From positions 248,001-312,000 of the forward strand of contig JBLDXI010000014.1 in the NCBI GenBank assembly GCA_047495785.1: a stretch of 64,000 bases of DNA, given 5' to 3'. Shown in pieces: positions 12,470-22,800 of this stretch (positions within the stretch are counted from its first letter, which is position 1; every line of letters starts with the position of its first letter). The notes below the pieces were generated by a model. The model was not told the DNA's origin. It did not search any database and saw only the letters and a program-made list of their open reading frames with translations. Origin of the DNA: Lepidodermella squamata (lineage: Eukaryota; Animalia; Gastrotricha). Position numbers and translations under genes: made by a program.

Positions 12470-13525
12470 ATGTCAAGCTCAGCGAAATCTTGGGGAGATT
12501 TCAAAGATCCAGATTCCATTAAATCCTATGTTAATGGTTTAGCCGGAAAGTTCAACTCGAAAGTTGAACGAGCTGTTCCTTTAACAGGTGGCCTTATCAA
12601 TCATGTCTTCCGGATTTACTTTGAAGACACGAGTACTGCTGTTTTCAAACACTACCCAAGCCGTATTGTTACGGAAATAGAATTGGTCGAAGTTATCCAA
12701 GATCGTTACTACGTCGAGAAATCAGCTCTCGAACAGTTGGCTACAATTCCTAGCCTGCAATCTCTGAAAATTCAAGCTCCTAAAATTTTGCATTCAGATG
12801 ACCCCAATTATGTTCTGATAATGCAGGATTGTGGGGAGAAGACTGTCTTGTTATTCGATTTCCTCAAAAACGACTACAATCCGAACAACGAAATATCGGT
12901 GGAAGAAAACAAGCTCCTAATTACAGATATCATCGATCTATTAGCGTGCGAAATCAACAAATTTCTCAAAATTGTCGCAACAGCTATAACAACACAAGCA
13001 AACGAGGCTGAATTTGTAAACCCATCAAGCTGGACGGCCATGAGGACGTTTCGGCCAACCATGCAGAATAGACAGGCGAAAGCTCTGGACCTAGAAAACG
13101 AACTCGAATACTACCTGCAGAATCAAAAGCCGATGAATCCGCCCGAGAACGCCGTTTTCGTTCACGGGGATTTGTGGCCGAACTCTGTAATGGTTGATGT
13201 TGAAAATAAGACTTTTTGGCTGATAGACTGGGAAGTGGCTCGATTCGATTCACCCACACAAGACCTGGAGCAGTTTTGCGCCAATCTGTGGGTTATGATG
13301 CAAAACGAGACGATGTGGGATTCAAACAGGATTCGCTACCTGCTTGATCGGCTTCAGCGCGAATACTTTGGTTCCTCTTCTAGTGACTGGCGATCAGCCG
13401 ATAGCGACTACGGCAAAGCAAACTTTGTACTTTGGGTATTGATTCTGCTATATTTCAAACACTGGGGTGCCGAAAATCCACGAGAACTCGTTCTAAAGGC
13501 TATTGAGGAAGTCGAAGGGCTGTGA
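12470..13525 (+). CDS. APH/choline kinase-fold small-molecule phosphotransferase (methylthioribose-kinase-like), copy 1
   Basis: Intronless 351 aa. LTGGLINHVFRI, VFK, LIMQDCG, HGDLWPNSVMV, IDWE. Confidence 0.85.
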   Translation: MSSSAKSWGDFKDPDSIKSYVNGLAGKFNSKVERAVPLTGGLINHVFRIYFEDTSTAVFKHYPSRIVTEIELVEVIQDRYYVEKSALEQLATIPSLQSLKIQAPKILHSDDPNYVLIMQDCGEKTVLLFDFLKNDYNPNNEISVEENKLLITDIIDLLACEINKFLKIVATAITTQANEAEFVNPSSWTAMRTFRPTMQNRQAKALDLENELEYYLQNQKPMNPPENAVFVHGDLWPNSVMVDVENKTFWLIDWEVARFDSPTQDLEQFCANLWVMMQNETMWDSNRIRYLLDRLQREYFGSSSSDWRSADSDYGKANFVLWVLILLYFKHWGAENPRELVLKAIEEVEGL

Positions 13526-13748
13526 TCCAATATCCCGCGTGCGGGCGAATGAAATAGAGGGCAAATTTCTTTCATTCACGATACTTGTTAATAAAATTCT
13601 GTCGATTCTTGCACGAAACTAAAATTCTGATTTCTATAATCAACGTCTTACAGTAGAGTCCAAATCGAAGGTTCAAGATATCGGTGTTAATGACCTCGAT
13701 CTAGGGGCTCGATCATTGTTTCTCTGTTTACTTTTTCCGGCTTATTAA

Positions 13749-14757
13749 CCCTCTAATGCCGAAAACGTGTATACTCAAACTGGCGCTATTCACCTTGAAT
13801 TTTCATACTTCCCGATTTTTGCCGGCCTAGCCGCTTGGCAATTTTGTAGTTGGCCATCAGGGCTCCCCGATTCCGAAAACCGCAAAGTCGGCGCGTTGAT
13901 TGCGTAACACAGGTGAGTGCGCGCGTCAGGTGGTCGGATGATTTGTGTGTATACTCAATCAATTTTTTGTATAAACACATGGCGGCCGCCCGGACGGCCG
14001 GTTTTGAGTGAATGATTAGACTCCGTTGTGTGTAAAGTCAATTGCCAATTGAGTTTACTCATACCAGGCGCCGATATCTATATTTACAGTCGTTTTTTAA
14101 ATGTTTTGTGGTAAATAATAATTATTCGGGGTGACCAGCTTTTAGGTCGCGGTCTAGTGTTGCGCCACACACTGTTGCGTAACAACAATCAGCTCGCAAT
14201 TGTTGCTCAATACTGAGCTCTTTCTCACAATGCTTGCTCGGAAATAAAAGGCAGCCAGGCAGAGCGCAAAATAACACATCAATATTACTTAGTTTAAGGT
14301 TCTATCTGAATACGATTAGTCTTTTTGCACAAAATTGCCCATACCTGTCGCGGCTTCGCAGCGATTTTCGTCAGCGCGCCGCAAGCCCGCCAATTGCCGC
14401 ATTTACCTGTGCTGTTGTTTAGCTGCTGGTCGTGCCGGCGAATCATGTCGACCTTTGATTTAGGCTACTTACGGCAATTTCTTCAATTTTTTCAGATTTT
14501 GAGAATTTCATGAATAAAATACATGTGATGTTGCGCTCTTCCTGAGTTAACTCAAGTGCGTATTTATACAATTTTTTTAGCACGAGTAAACTCAATTGGT
14601 ACAAGTGTATACTCAGTTTCATAATTCAAAGTCCAAAAAAGGAGGTCCCGGTTGAGTATACACACGTAGATAGCTGTATATACTCATTTTGAGTCAGTTT
14701 TGACCGATTGAGTAAACTCAGTTTGTATAAAGCCGAGAAGCTGCCGGCATTAGAGGG
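13749..14757. mobile_element. non-autonomous piggyBac-type element (MITE), 1009 bp
   Basis: Perfect 13-bp TIRs CCCTCTAATGCCG (13749-13761) / CGGCATTAGAGGG (14745-14757), TTAA on both sides (13745-13748, 14758-14761). Multiple internal GTATACTCA/GAGTAAACTC motifs in both orientations. No transposase ORF. Confidence 0.9.
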
Positions 14758-14915
14758 TTAACTTTGACCCACGCTGAAAGTGAAGATATGGTATCAAGGA
14801 CGATGCCCTATCATACTGATAAGCCAACAAAGCCTATTTGTCCTACATATAGAATAAACGGAACAATCCGTAGCCTTAGCATATTTTATAATTATCAGCT
14901 TCTCATTGGGCCAAA

Positions 14916-15968
14916 ATGTCCAGCACAGCTAAAACTTGGGAAGATTTCAAAGATCCGGATTCCATTAAATCCTATGTTAATGGATTAGCTGAAGCCGGGA
15001 TATTCCATTCGAAATTCGAACGAGCTGTTCCTTTAACAGGCGGCCTAGTCAACCATGTTTCACGGATCTACTTTGAAGACGCGAGCACTGCTGTTTTCAA
15101 ACACTACCCTCGCCGCATTTTTGTAGAGAATCAAGAGTTTGAAGGTTCTCAAGAACGCTACTTCGTCGAAAAATCAGCTCTCGAAAAGTTGGCTACCATT
15201 CCTAGTTTGCAGTCGTTGAAAATTCGAGCCCCAAAAGTTCTTCATTCAGATGACCCCAATTATGTTCTGATAATGCAGGATTGTGGGGAGAAGACAGTCA
15301 TGCTGTTCGATTTCCTCAAAAATGACTACATTCCGAACAAGGAACGAACGGCTGAAGAAAACAGGCGCATTATAACAGAGATGATCGATCTATTAGCGCA
15401 TGAAATCAACACATTTCTTAAAATAATTGCAAGTGAAATCACAAGCCTGGCTGAATTTGGAAACCCAGCAAGCTTGCGGGCCATGGAGAAGTTTCGGCCA
15501 GGTCTGCAGATCGGACAGGCAAAAGCTCTCAACTTGGAAAAAGAGCTGGAATACTATCTGAAGAACCAACGCGATTTTAAACCACCCGAGAACGCTGTTT
15601 TCATTCATGGCGATTTTTGGTCAAACTCGATCTTGGTAGATGTTGAAAATGAGATGTTTTGGGTGATTGACTGGGAAATATCTCGATTTGATTCTCCAAC
15701 AGAGGATTTGGATCGGTTTGGGACCAATTTGTGGGTTATGATGCAAAACAAGACGACGTGGGATTCAAACAGGATTCGCTACCTGCTTGAACGGCTACAG
15801 CTCGAATACTTCGGGTCCTCTTCTAGTGACTGGCGATTAGCCGATGGCGACTACGGCAAAATTAACTTTGTTCTATGGGCGTTGATTCTGCTATATTTCA
15901 AACACTGGGGTGCCGAAAATCCACGAGAAATCGTTCTGAAGGCTATTAAAGAAGTCGAAGGGTTGTGA
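14916..15968 (+). CDS. APH-fold phosphotransferase, copy 2
   Basis: Intronless 350-aa paralogue. LTGGLVNHVSRI, HGDFWSNSILV, IDWE. Confidence 0.85.
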   Translation: MSSTAKTWEDFKDPDSIKSYVNGLAEAGIFHSKFERAVPLTGGLVNHVSRIYFEDASTAVFKHYPRRIFVENQEFEGSQERYFVEKSALEKLATIPSLQSLKIRAPKVLHSDDPNYVLIMQDCGEKTVMLFDFLKNDYIPNKERTAEENRRIITEMIDLLAHEINTFLKIIASEITSLAEFGNPASLRAMEKFRPGLQIGQAKALNLEKELEYYLKNQRDFKPPENAVFIHGDFWSNSILVDVENEMFWVIDWEISRFDSPTEDLDRFGTNLWVMMQNKTTWDSNRIRYLLERLQLEYFGSSSSDWRLADGDYGKINFVLWALILLYFKHWGAENPREIVLKAIKEVEGL

Positions 15969-16562
15969 TCCCATGAGTGGACGAATGAAATACGGAAAAA
16001 TTCTATCATTCACGAAACATTATATCAAAATTCCACCGATTCCTGCTCGTTGATAGTGCTTGAGATTTCAATATTGAACTTTTTCAAATTTTCAGTAGCG
16101 TAAAAATCGAAATTCCAATGCAAATTATCGGCGCATCGCAAGATAGGAAATCATTTTTTAATATTTAATATCACTGATTCTTTGATCAATAAAATATGCG
16201 GTTACTCAATAAAATCTCAATTAAAAAAAGGTACCAGTAAAATTCTCACAGGTAGTTCAGCAAATTTCGGATTAGATTTGAGAGCTCTCTTAACTAATTC
16301 AAAATTTGCTGGACATGCATAATCCTGCAAGATTTTCGGCCTTGGAAGCACAGTTTTCGACAGTAAGGCTGAACTATGGATTGAACCTATCCTCACATGG
16401 CCACCAGGTGCTTCATTACACAATATGTTGAGTGAGCTCACCCACCCACTTTGATAGCATAATCTCTTATCGCTACGTTAGTCCACTGCTTTTCTCAATG
16501 GCTTCACTCATTCATCACATATTTTATTTTTTATAATAATAGGTTTTTTTCTAAGCGAGAAG

Positions 16563-17630
16563 ATGTTGCCAGTAGCTCAATCCGATACTGAGTTTAAAGA
16601 TTCAGACTCCGTTGTATCATTTGTCAACGGCTTAGTCGACGCCGGGAAGCTTCAGTCGAAAGCTGAACGAGCAGTTTCTTTGACTGGTGGCCTTTGCAAC
16701 TACGTATTTCGGATTTATTTTCAAGATGCGAGTACCGCTGTTTTCAAGTATTTCCCATCACGTATTATTGGACAAGTTGACACCGTCGAAGTTCCTCAAA
16801 ATCGTTACTACGTCGAGAAAGCAGCTCTTGAGAAATTGGGCAGCGTTCCCAGCTTGCAGGCTTTGAAATTTCGAACCCCTAAAGTGCTTTATTCAGACGA
16901 CAGTTTGTACGTTCTGATAATGCAAGATTGCGGTGAGAAGACGGTCATGCTGTTCGATTTCTTGAAAAAAGACTTCGTTCTTAACAGCCAACTATCGGCT
17001 GAGGATAACGAGTTGCAAATCAAGGCGATGATCGATTTATTTGCCAGCGAAGTCAGCAAATTTTTGAAACTCATCGCCAGCGACTCGGGAATCACTACCC
17101 ATACGCACCAGGCCGAATTCGCCAACCCGACGAGTTGGCAGGCCCTGCAATCGTGGAGGCCGGCGATGCAAGACCAGCAGGCGAAAGCGCTCAACTTGGA
17201 AAAAGAGCTCGAATACTACCTGAAGAATCAACGCGATTTGAAACAACCTGAGAATGCTGTATTCGTCCACGGGGATTTGTGGCCAAATTCTGTATTGGTC
17301 GATGTTGAAAATAAGACATTTTGGTTGATAGACTGGGAGGTGGCTCGATTCGATTCACCAACACAGGACCTGGAACAGTTCGGCGGCAACTTGTGGATTA
17401 TGATGCAGAACGAGACGATGTGTGACACAGCTCGAATTCGATACTTGTTTCAACGACTGCAACTGGAATATTTGGGTTCTGTCGCCCGTGATTGGCGGTT
17501 GGCCGGTGGCGACTACGGCAAAATTAACTTTGTGTTATGGGTGTTAATTCTGATTTATTACAAACATTGGGGCATTGATAATCCACGAGAGCTAGTATTG
17601 AAAGCTATCAAAGAAGCTGAAGAGCTTTAA
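16563..17630 (+). CDS. APH-fold phosphotransferase, copy 3
   Basis: Intronless 355-aa paralogue. LTGGLCNYVFRI, HGDLWPNSVLV, IDWE. Confidence 0.85.
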   Translation: MLPVAQSDTEFKDSDSVVSFVNGLVDAGKLQSKAERAVSLTGGLCNYVFRIYFQDASTAVFKYFPSRIIGQVDTVEVPQNRYYVEKAALEKLGSVPSLQALKFRTPKVLYSDDSLYVLIMQDCGEKTVMLFDFLKKDFVLNSQLSAEDNELQIKAMIDLFASEVSKFLKLIASDSGITTHTHQAEFANPTSWQALQSWRPAMQDQQAKALNLEKELEYYLKNQRDLKQPENAVFVHGDLWPNSVLVDVENKTFWLIDWEVARFDSPTQDLEQFGGNLWIMMQNETMCDTARIRYLFQRLQLEYLGSVARDWRLAGGDYGKINFVLWVLILIYYKHWGIDNPRELVLKAIKEAEEL

Positions 17631-17723
17631 AACAAAAGCTATTATAATGGTTGAGGGAATAATAAAAAGCGCAAAAATGGTACAGGCTTAATCTTTATCA
17701 ACCGAAAACACGCGGCTAACATG

Positions 17724-18408
17724 CTATTGCTTGAGAATTTCACTGATCACCGTTTTCATCCTCGCAGTTATGTCCAAATCGAAAATTTCTACGAACGGAA
17801 TTTCAAGGCGTTTCAAAATCTCGACCATTTTAGCGGTGAGCAGTTTTGCTTCCTCCAACGAGCTGATCATTCTGATACAGTCCTCAGCAATGCATCCCGG
17901 GTGCGGATGAATCACGAATATCAAGCTGGATCGATAGCTGAAAGAACAAAAATGCCATTAGAGTCATTTTTCAACTCGTTCCAATAAACCAACTGGTCAA
18001 TGTCTTGCTCAAATCCAGATCTTAGCATAAGCTGATCGGCACTTTCTCGTCCAAAGAAAAACTCCTCGTACATTATAGGATCGATTCCAGATCGGTCGAA
18101 CAATGCTAATTTGTTCTTGTGATTTTCGATTTCACGATGCTGAGCGGCAAGAATGTCGAATTGCAACTGTTTAAAACACTCTGGATGCAAATGGGGCGGG
18201 CAGAAGTCTTCGCGCCTTAGCTGCGATTTCTCAATCACTCGACGCGCAACTTCGGTAACAACCTGTGGAAATAACCCAGAATTTATCATTTTATTCGATA
18301 AAAAAGACAGTGATGTACAGTCATCGAAGGAAGAAGCTTCGCCACTTCGTTGACCAGTGTCGTTTTACCGGTGCTGTGCGAGCCGCAAATGAAAATATGC
18401 CTCGACAT
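17724..18408 (-). CDS. NadR/Ttd14-like (AAA_28) P-loop nucleoside/nucleotide-kinase-fold protein, copy A
   Basis: Exons 18408-18319, 18262-17994, 17937-17724 give MSRHIFICGSHSTGKTTLVNEV...VVTEVARRV...LQFDILAAQ...LFDRSGIDPIMY...EDCIR. The Walker A exon is missed by the ORF track. Confidence 0.85.
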
Positions 18409-18721
18409 TTTAGATGGAAGTTTTGCTACAGAGAAATAATTTGTATCGCCCAGTTCGAACGACTTGCAATCGTGAGGTGCAACACAAGATCATTAGCTGC
18501 GGTCTTTATTTATTACACCGAGATGTGCCGCCAGCGAAACGTGGCCCTGACTTGCAATAAAATTATCGCACTGCCTCACTCCGCGCACTAATTATTACTA
18601 GATGTAACTTTTGGATAATGACGCTCAGATCAAACCAAATACTCCTTTAATTGACGCTTTATCGCTCTTAATATCCACGATAATCCTTCAGACAGCGGCT
18701 AAAATTATCTTTCATAACATT

Positions 18722-19495
18722 TTATTGTTGGGCTATACCATTTAATAGTTTATCAAATATCACCACGTTTGATTGATCGCTATTTACCTCCGCTGTGGCA
18801 TTTCTTCGCCTTGCAATTTCCGCTAAGACAATTTCAACCCGGCGTCTCAAGTCCAAGCATTTGATTTCGATGAACTGCAAGTCGAAGCGATTTAGAATTT
18901 CGATCAGTTTGCTAGTTAATAGTTCTGCTTCTTGCACAGAGCTGATCATTCTTATTTCATCCTCTCGTATGCACTCCGCTTGCGGATGAACGACGACAAT
19001 TAAGCTGGAGCGATAGCTGCAAAGACAGCCGTTATATGCTTTAAAATCTCGTAGAAACAATAACTTACTGGGTAAGGTCCTGTCTAAATTCCGGTAACGA
19101 AGCCAGTCGCTCGAAACTATCAGGGCCCAGGTAGAATTCGGCGTACATTAGGGGGTCAATACCTCGATCGTAGATAGCTATTGACTTCTCGGAATTTTTC
19201 CCGATCTCGAAATGTTGAGCTCTCAGTATGTCTGCTTGAAGTTGCTCGAAAACTTCACGATGTAAATGGGGCGGGCTGAAGTCTTCACGCTTGAGATTTG
19301 ACCTGTTAATAACGCGCCTGGCTACCTCAGTCACAACCTGTAATTTTGCGAAATTTGACTGAGCTTTTTTCGAATTATTAGTTGAATTCTTACGGCAGCT
19401 GAAGGTAACGCCTTCGCCAGTTCGTTCAACAGCGTGGTTTTTCCGGTGCTATGAGCTCCGCAGATGAAGACATGCAGGGGATGAGAGTCGCACAT
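18722..19495 (-). CDS. NadR/Ttd14-like (AAA_28) P-loop kinase-fold protein, copy B
   Basis: Exons 19495-19394, 19337-19069, 19016-18722 give HVFICGAHSTGKTTLLNEL...VVTEVARRV...LQADILRAQ...IYDRGIDPLMY...EDEIR. Intron positions are the same as in copy A. Confidence 0.85.
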
Positions 19496-19831
19496 TGCGG
19501 CTTTGTTAACACTGATTCAAGGGCGGCATTCTACGGCTTATAGTGGAACGATGTGACGTGTGGTATACTAGCTGGGTATTCGATCCACGCGTGAGTCGAG
19601 GCTAGAGTCCTATACGAATACGCCCGTCTCTTATACGTTTTGTAATATGAATAATTCCTATGGATAAATTATGCATCACGTCGTGTGTATTTTTTATGTT
19701 ATCTACTCGGTTACTAATCTTTTTTATAAGTTGGCTCCACTTAATCGTTATTATACCTACACCACGTAACAAGTATTAGAAACCCCACCAGCCAGTTTAA
19801 TGATTCATCCGTCATTTCTGTAGGCAACAAA
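19496..19831. promoter_or_regulatory. probable bidirectional promoter between the AAA_28 gene and the RdRP-helicase gene
   Basis: 336 bp between divergent ATGs. Contains TGACGTG (~19554) and an acceptor TTTCTGTAG at 19822 that implies a 5' UTR intron. Confidence 0.5.
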
Positions 19832-22800
19832 ATGTTGAAATGTAAGACTAATTGTTTGTGCCGATTTTGCGGCGAAAAGCCAGAGGTTTTGGTCATTCGT
19901 CAAACGAGCGAAACTGCTTCGAAATCGCCAGGAATCATCAACATTGAGGTTTTGAGGTCGTCGCCGCTGATACCACCTTCTGACAGCGAAGACAGTGATT
20001 CGTCGAGTAAGCGACAACCAAGCGTTCACGACTTCACCCTCAAAGCAAAATGGGTCGAGGATCGCCCGTGCTGTCCGTTATACGCGAAATACCCCGATAA
20101 AACCTTCGCGAAGATTCGATGCGAAGCTCAGAATGGAATCTCCGAACTAATCGCTAGCTTTCTCAACAATGGAATTAAGGTGGAGTTGAACTCAAGTCGT
20201 AAGGACTTTAAATTTTTCGGCTGCAGCGCTTCTCAAATGCGACAGCGAACATGCATTCTTTACGACTCTTCCCTTGGCGATTGGAAGAGTATTGCCCTGT
20301 CATTCGGCCATTTCGAAGAAATTAAGACGGTTGCTAAATTTTCTGCAAGACTTGGTCTTCTTTTATCTTCAAGCATGAACCTGGAAAATGAGATTTTCCT
20401 AAAAGAGACTCAAATTGATAGAATCGAAGATATCGAAAGAAATGGCTACACATTCACCGACGGATGTGGCCACGTGTCCCCTGAAATCGCCCTGAAAATC
20501 ATGAAAGCTCTATGCTCGAAAAAATCGTTGCTAAAGCCATGGTGGTATGAAACCCAAAAATTTCCCTACCCATCGGTTTTCCAGATCCGTCTCATGGGTT
20601 GCAAGGGCGTGATTGCGCTGAAACCAAGCCTGCAAAATTGCATCCAGATTCGACCTTCGATGGAGAAGTTCCGGTGGAAACTCGACCCTCCTCATCGGTT
20701 AGGCATCTGTGATAATGGATTCTCGCGTCCGTATGAGTTCGGTAAATTGAACAAGCAGTACATCATGGTTTTATCGGCCCTTGGCATTGCGGATTCGGTC
20801 TTCCTGGAGATTCAGGAAAACTACTACTCCGAGCTTCAGCGGCTCGAAACCGACCGCACCCTCGCTGTCAAGTACCTCTGCCTAGAAGATCGTTGGGATT
20901 TGGTCGAGCGGGTATTTCAGAAGCAAGTGATTGATGCTGAAACCGCTGAAATTCTCAAATCGATTAAAATGCGAGTTGTCGAAAAATCGAATGCTGAAAA
21001 GAGCAAGCTGGAACGGCTCAACATCCCGATTTGGAAATCTCGCAATATTTTCGGGATAAGCGATCAAAGTGGGAAGCTGCAAGAGGGCGAGGTGTTTCTG
21101 CAGGTTACAATCGATCGAAAGCCGCAAATCATCGAAGATGGCCAGTTTGTCGTAGTCACCAGGTCGCCTTGCCATTCACCTGGCGACATTCGAATCCTGA
21201 AATGCCGGTTTATACCCGAACTTCAACATTTGGTCGATTGTGTTGTATTTCCGACAAATGGCCAGAGACCTCACCCAGACGAATGTTCTGGAGGTGACCT
21301 TGATGGTGACAAGTTCTTCGTTTGTTGGGACGACCGGCTCATCCCGGAGCAAAACGCCGAGCCAGTCAATCTCAGCTCGAAGGTCGTCGCGAAAAAAGTC
21401 GACCAAATCGACCAGGGAGATCTTATTCTCGAGTTTGCGAAATACAACGCAAGTTTATTGGGAACTGTGACTAATCTATTCAATCGCTGGGCGGATGCTT
21501 CAGATAACGGGGTCAATTCTGACATTTGCAAGGTCCTACGATTGAAGTGCAGCAGCGCGGTTGACGCGGCTAAAACTGGCGATCCGGTCAAAATCGAACC
21601 AGCTTATCGGCGCGTGCCGCTCGCAAATCGGAATCACGTATGGATTAGAATGACTGAAATCGCTGATTCATACGCGTCCAGGAAGTTGGAGGTTGCTTCG
21701 ACCGAGGACGTTAAAGGCATTGGTCGCGAAGAAATTGAACGAATTTTGGATGACCGATACCCTACTCTGTCCGAGTATCAATTGTATCGCCTGGTCGTGA
21801 AATGGTGCGATGCTCATGACGGCGGATTGCTGGAAAAATTGTGTCGGAAAATTGATTTCTCGCGATTCACTCGGGAAGAGCTGCAAAGCCTCAGAATTGA
21901 CGTTGGTATCGAAAAAGCTAATAAGTTGAGTTCTGCGCTAAATTGGTCAACCCTACTCGAACCTGTTGATATCAGTGAAGCAATTGGAACTAGAAACCAA
22001 TCCGCTTGGTCTCTTTATTACGCAGATAGTTTGAATGAAACGACATGGGATGTTTTGGAGAGTTTTCTCAGTATTGATCTACCGAAAATGATTCTACTTC
22101 GCCCTGATTTCGACTTCGATGGAGTTGTGGGGCTGAAGATTCTGGACCCAGTCCTAACTGGACAAAGCTCCATTTCGAGGGATAGATTGACAGTTTTTTA
22201 CTTGGATCACAGCTTTTCCAACCGCCATGTCTTTCATCTTAACGAGGATTATGCAATAGATTTCGACCCGGAAAATCGGCGGCTACAGATCTATCAAGGG
22301 CAGTTGGCAAATTCATTCGTTTTTTTCAAAGATACAAAAGGAGTCGGCAATGTTTTGAGCGTGGCTGTCAACAAATTTGCAGGCATTGATCGAAGCTTGG
22401 TTGGTAGGGTGAATAAACGACCAGTCCTGAGGATTGAGCTGTACTGCGAAAAGCCGAGGAACCAATTATCAGGTCCGATTTGACATCGCCCACTGCAGTC
22501 TACTTTGACAACAGCTTCGTCAATCAAGGTCGAAGTAGTTAAGACGGAAAACGGCTTCTCCTTCTCCGATGAAGATTTCCCTCAACTTGGCGCAGAAGTT
22601 CCTCGAAAAGACGCTGCTGTTGGCGGAACTTTGTCAAGTGACTTGTACCGAAGACTAAACAAGCCTTTGCACAGTAAAGAAGAAGCTGCCAATTTGGCTA
22701 AGGAAATTTACACTTTTATCGAAGAAAAAAGCCAGAAATCTAAGGTTGATCTTTTCTCACGTTTCTAAGCTTTTGATTCAGTTATTGCCCTTCACCAGGA

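Noticed and set aside
13649-13720. TACAGTAGAGTCC Tc1/pogo-like terminus next to the piggyBac MITE
   Set aside because: No matching opposite TIR found.
16217-16441. Exon-like minus-strand ORF between kinase copies 2 and 3
   Set aside because: No start context or identifiable family; at most a gene fragment.
19832-22483. Endogenous RNA-virus polymerase
   Set aside because: The motifs are those of the cellular double-psi-barrel RdRP (DLDGD), not a viral right-hand GDD polymerase, and the gene has introns.
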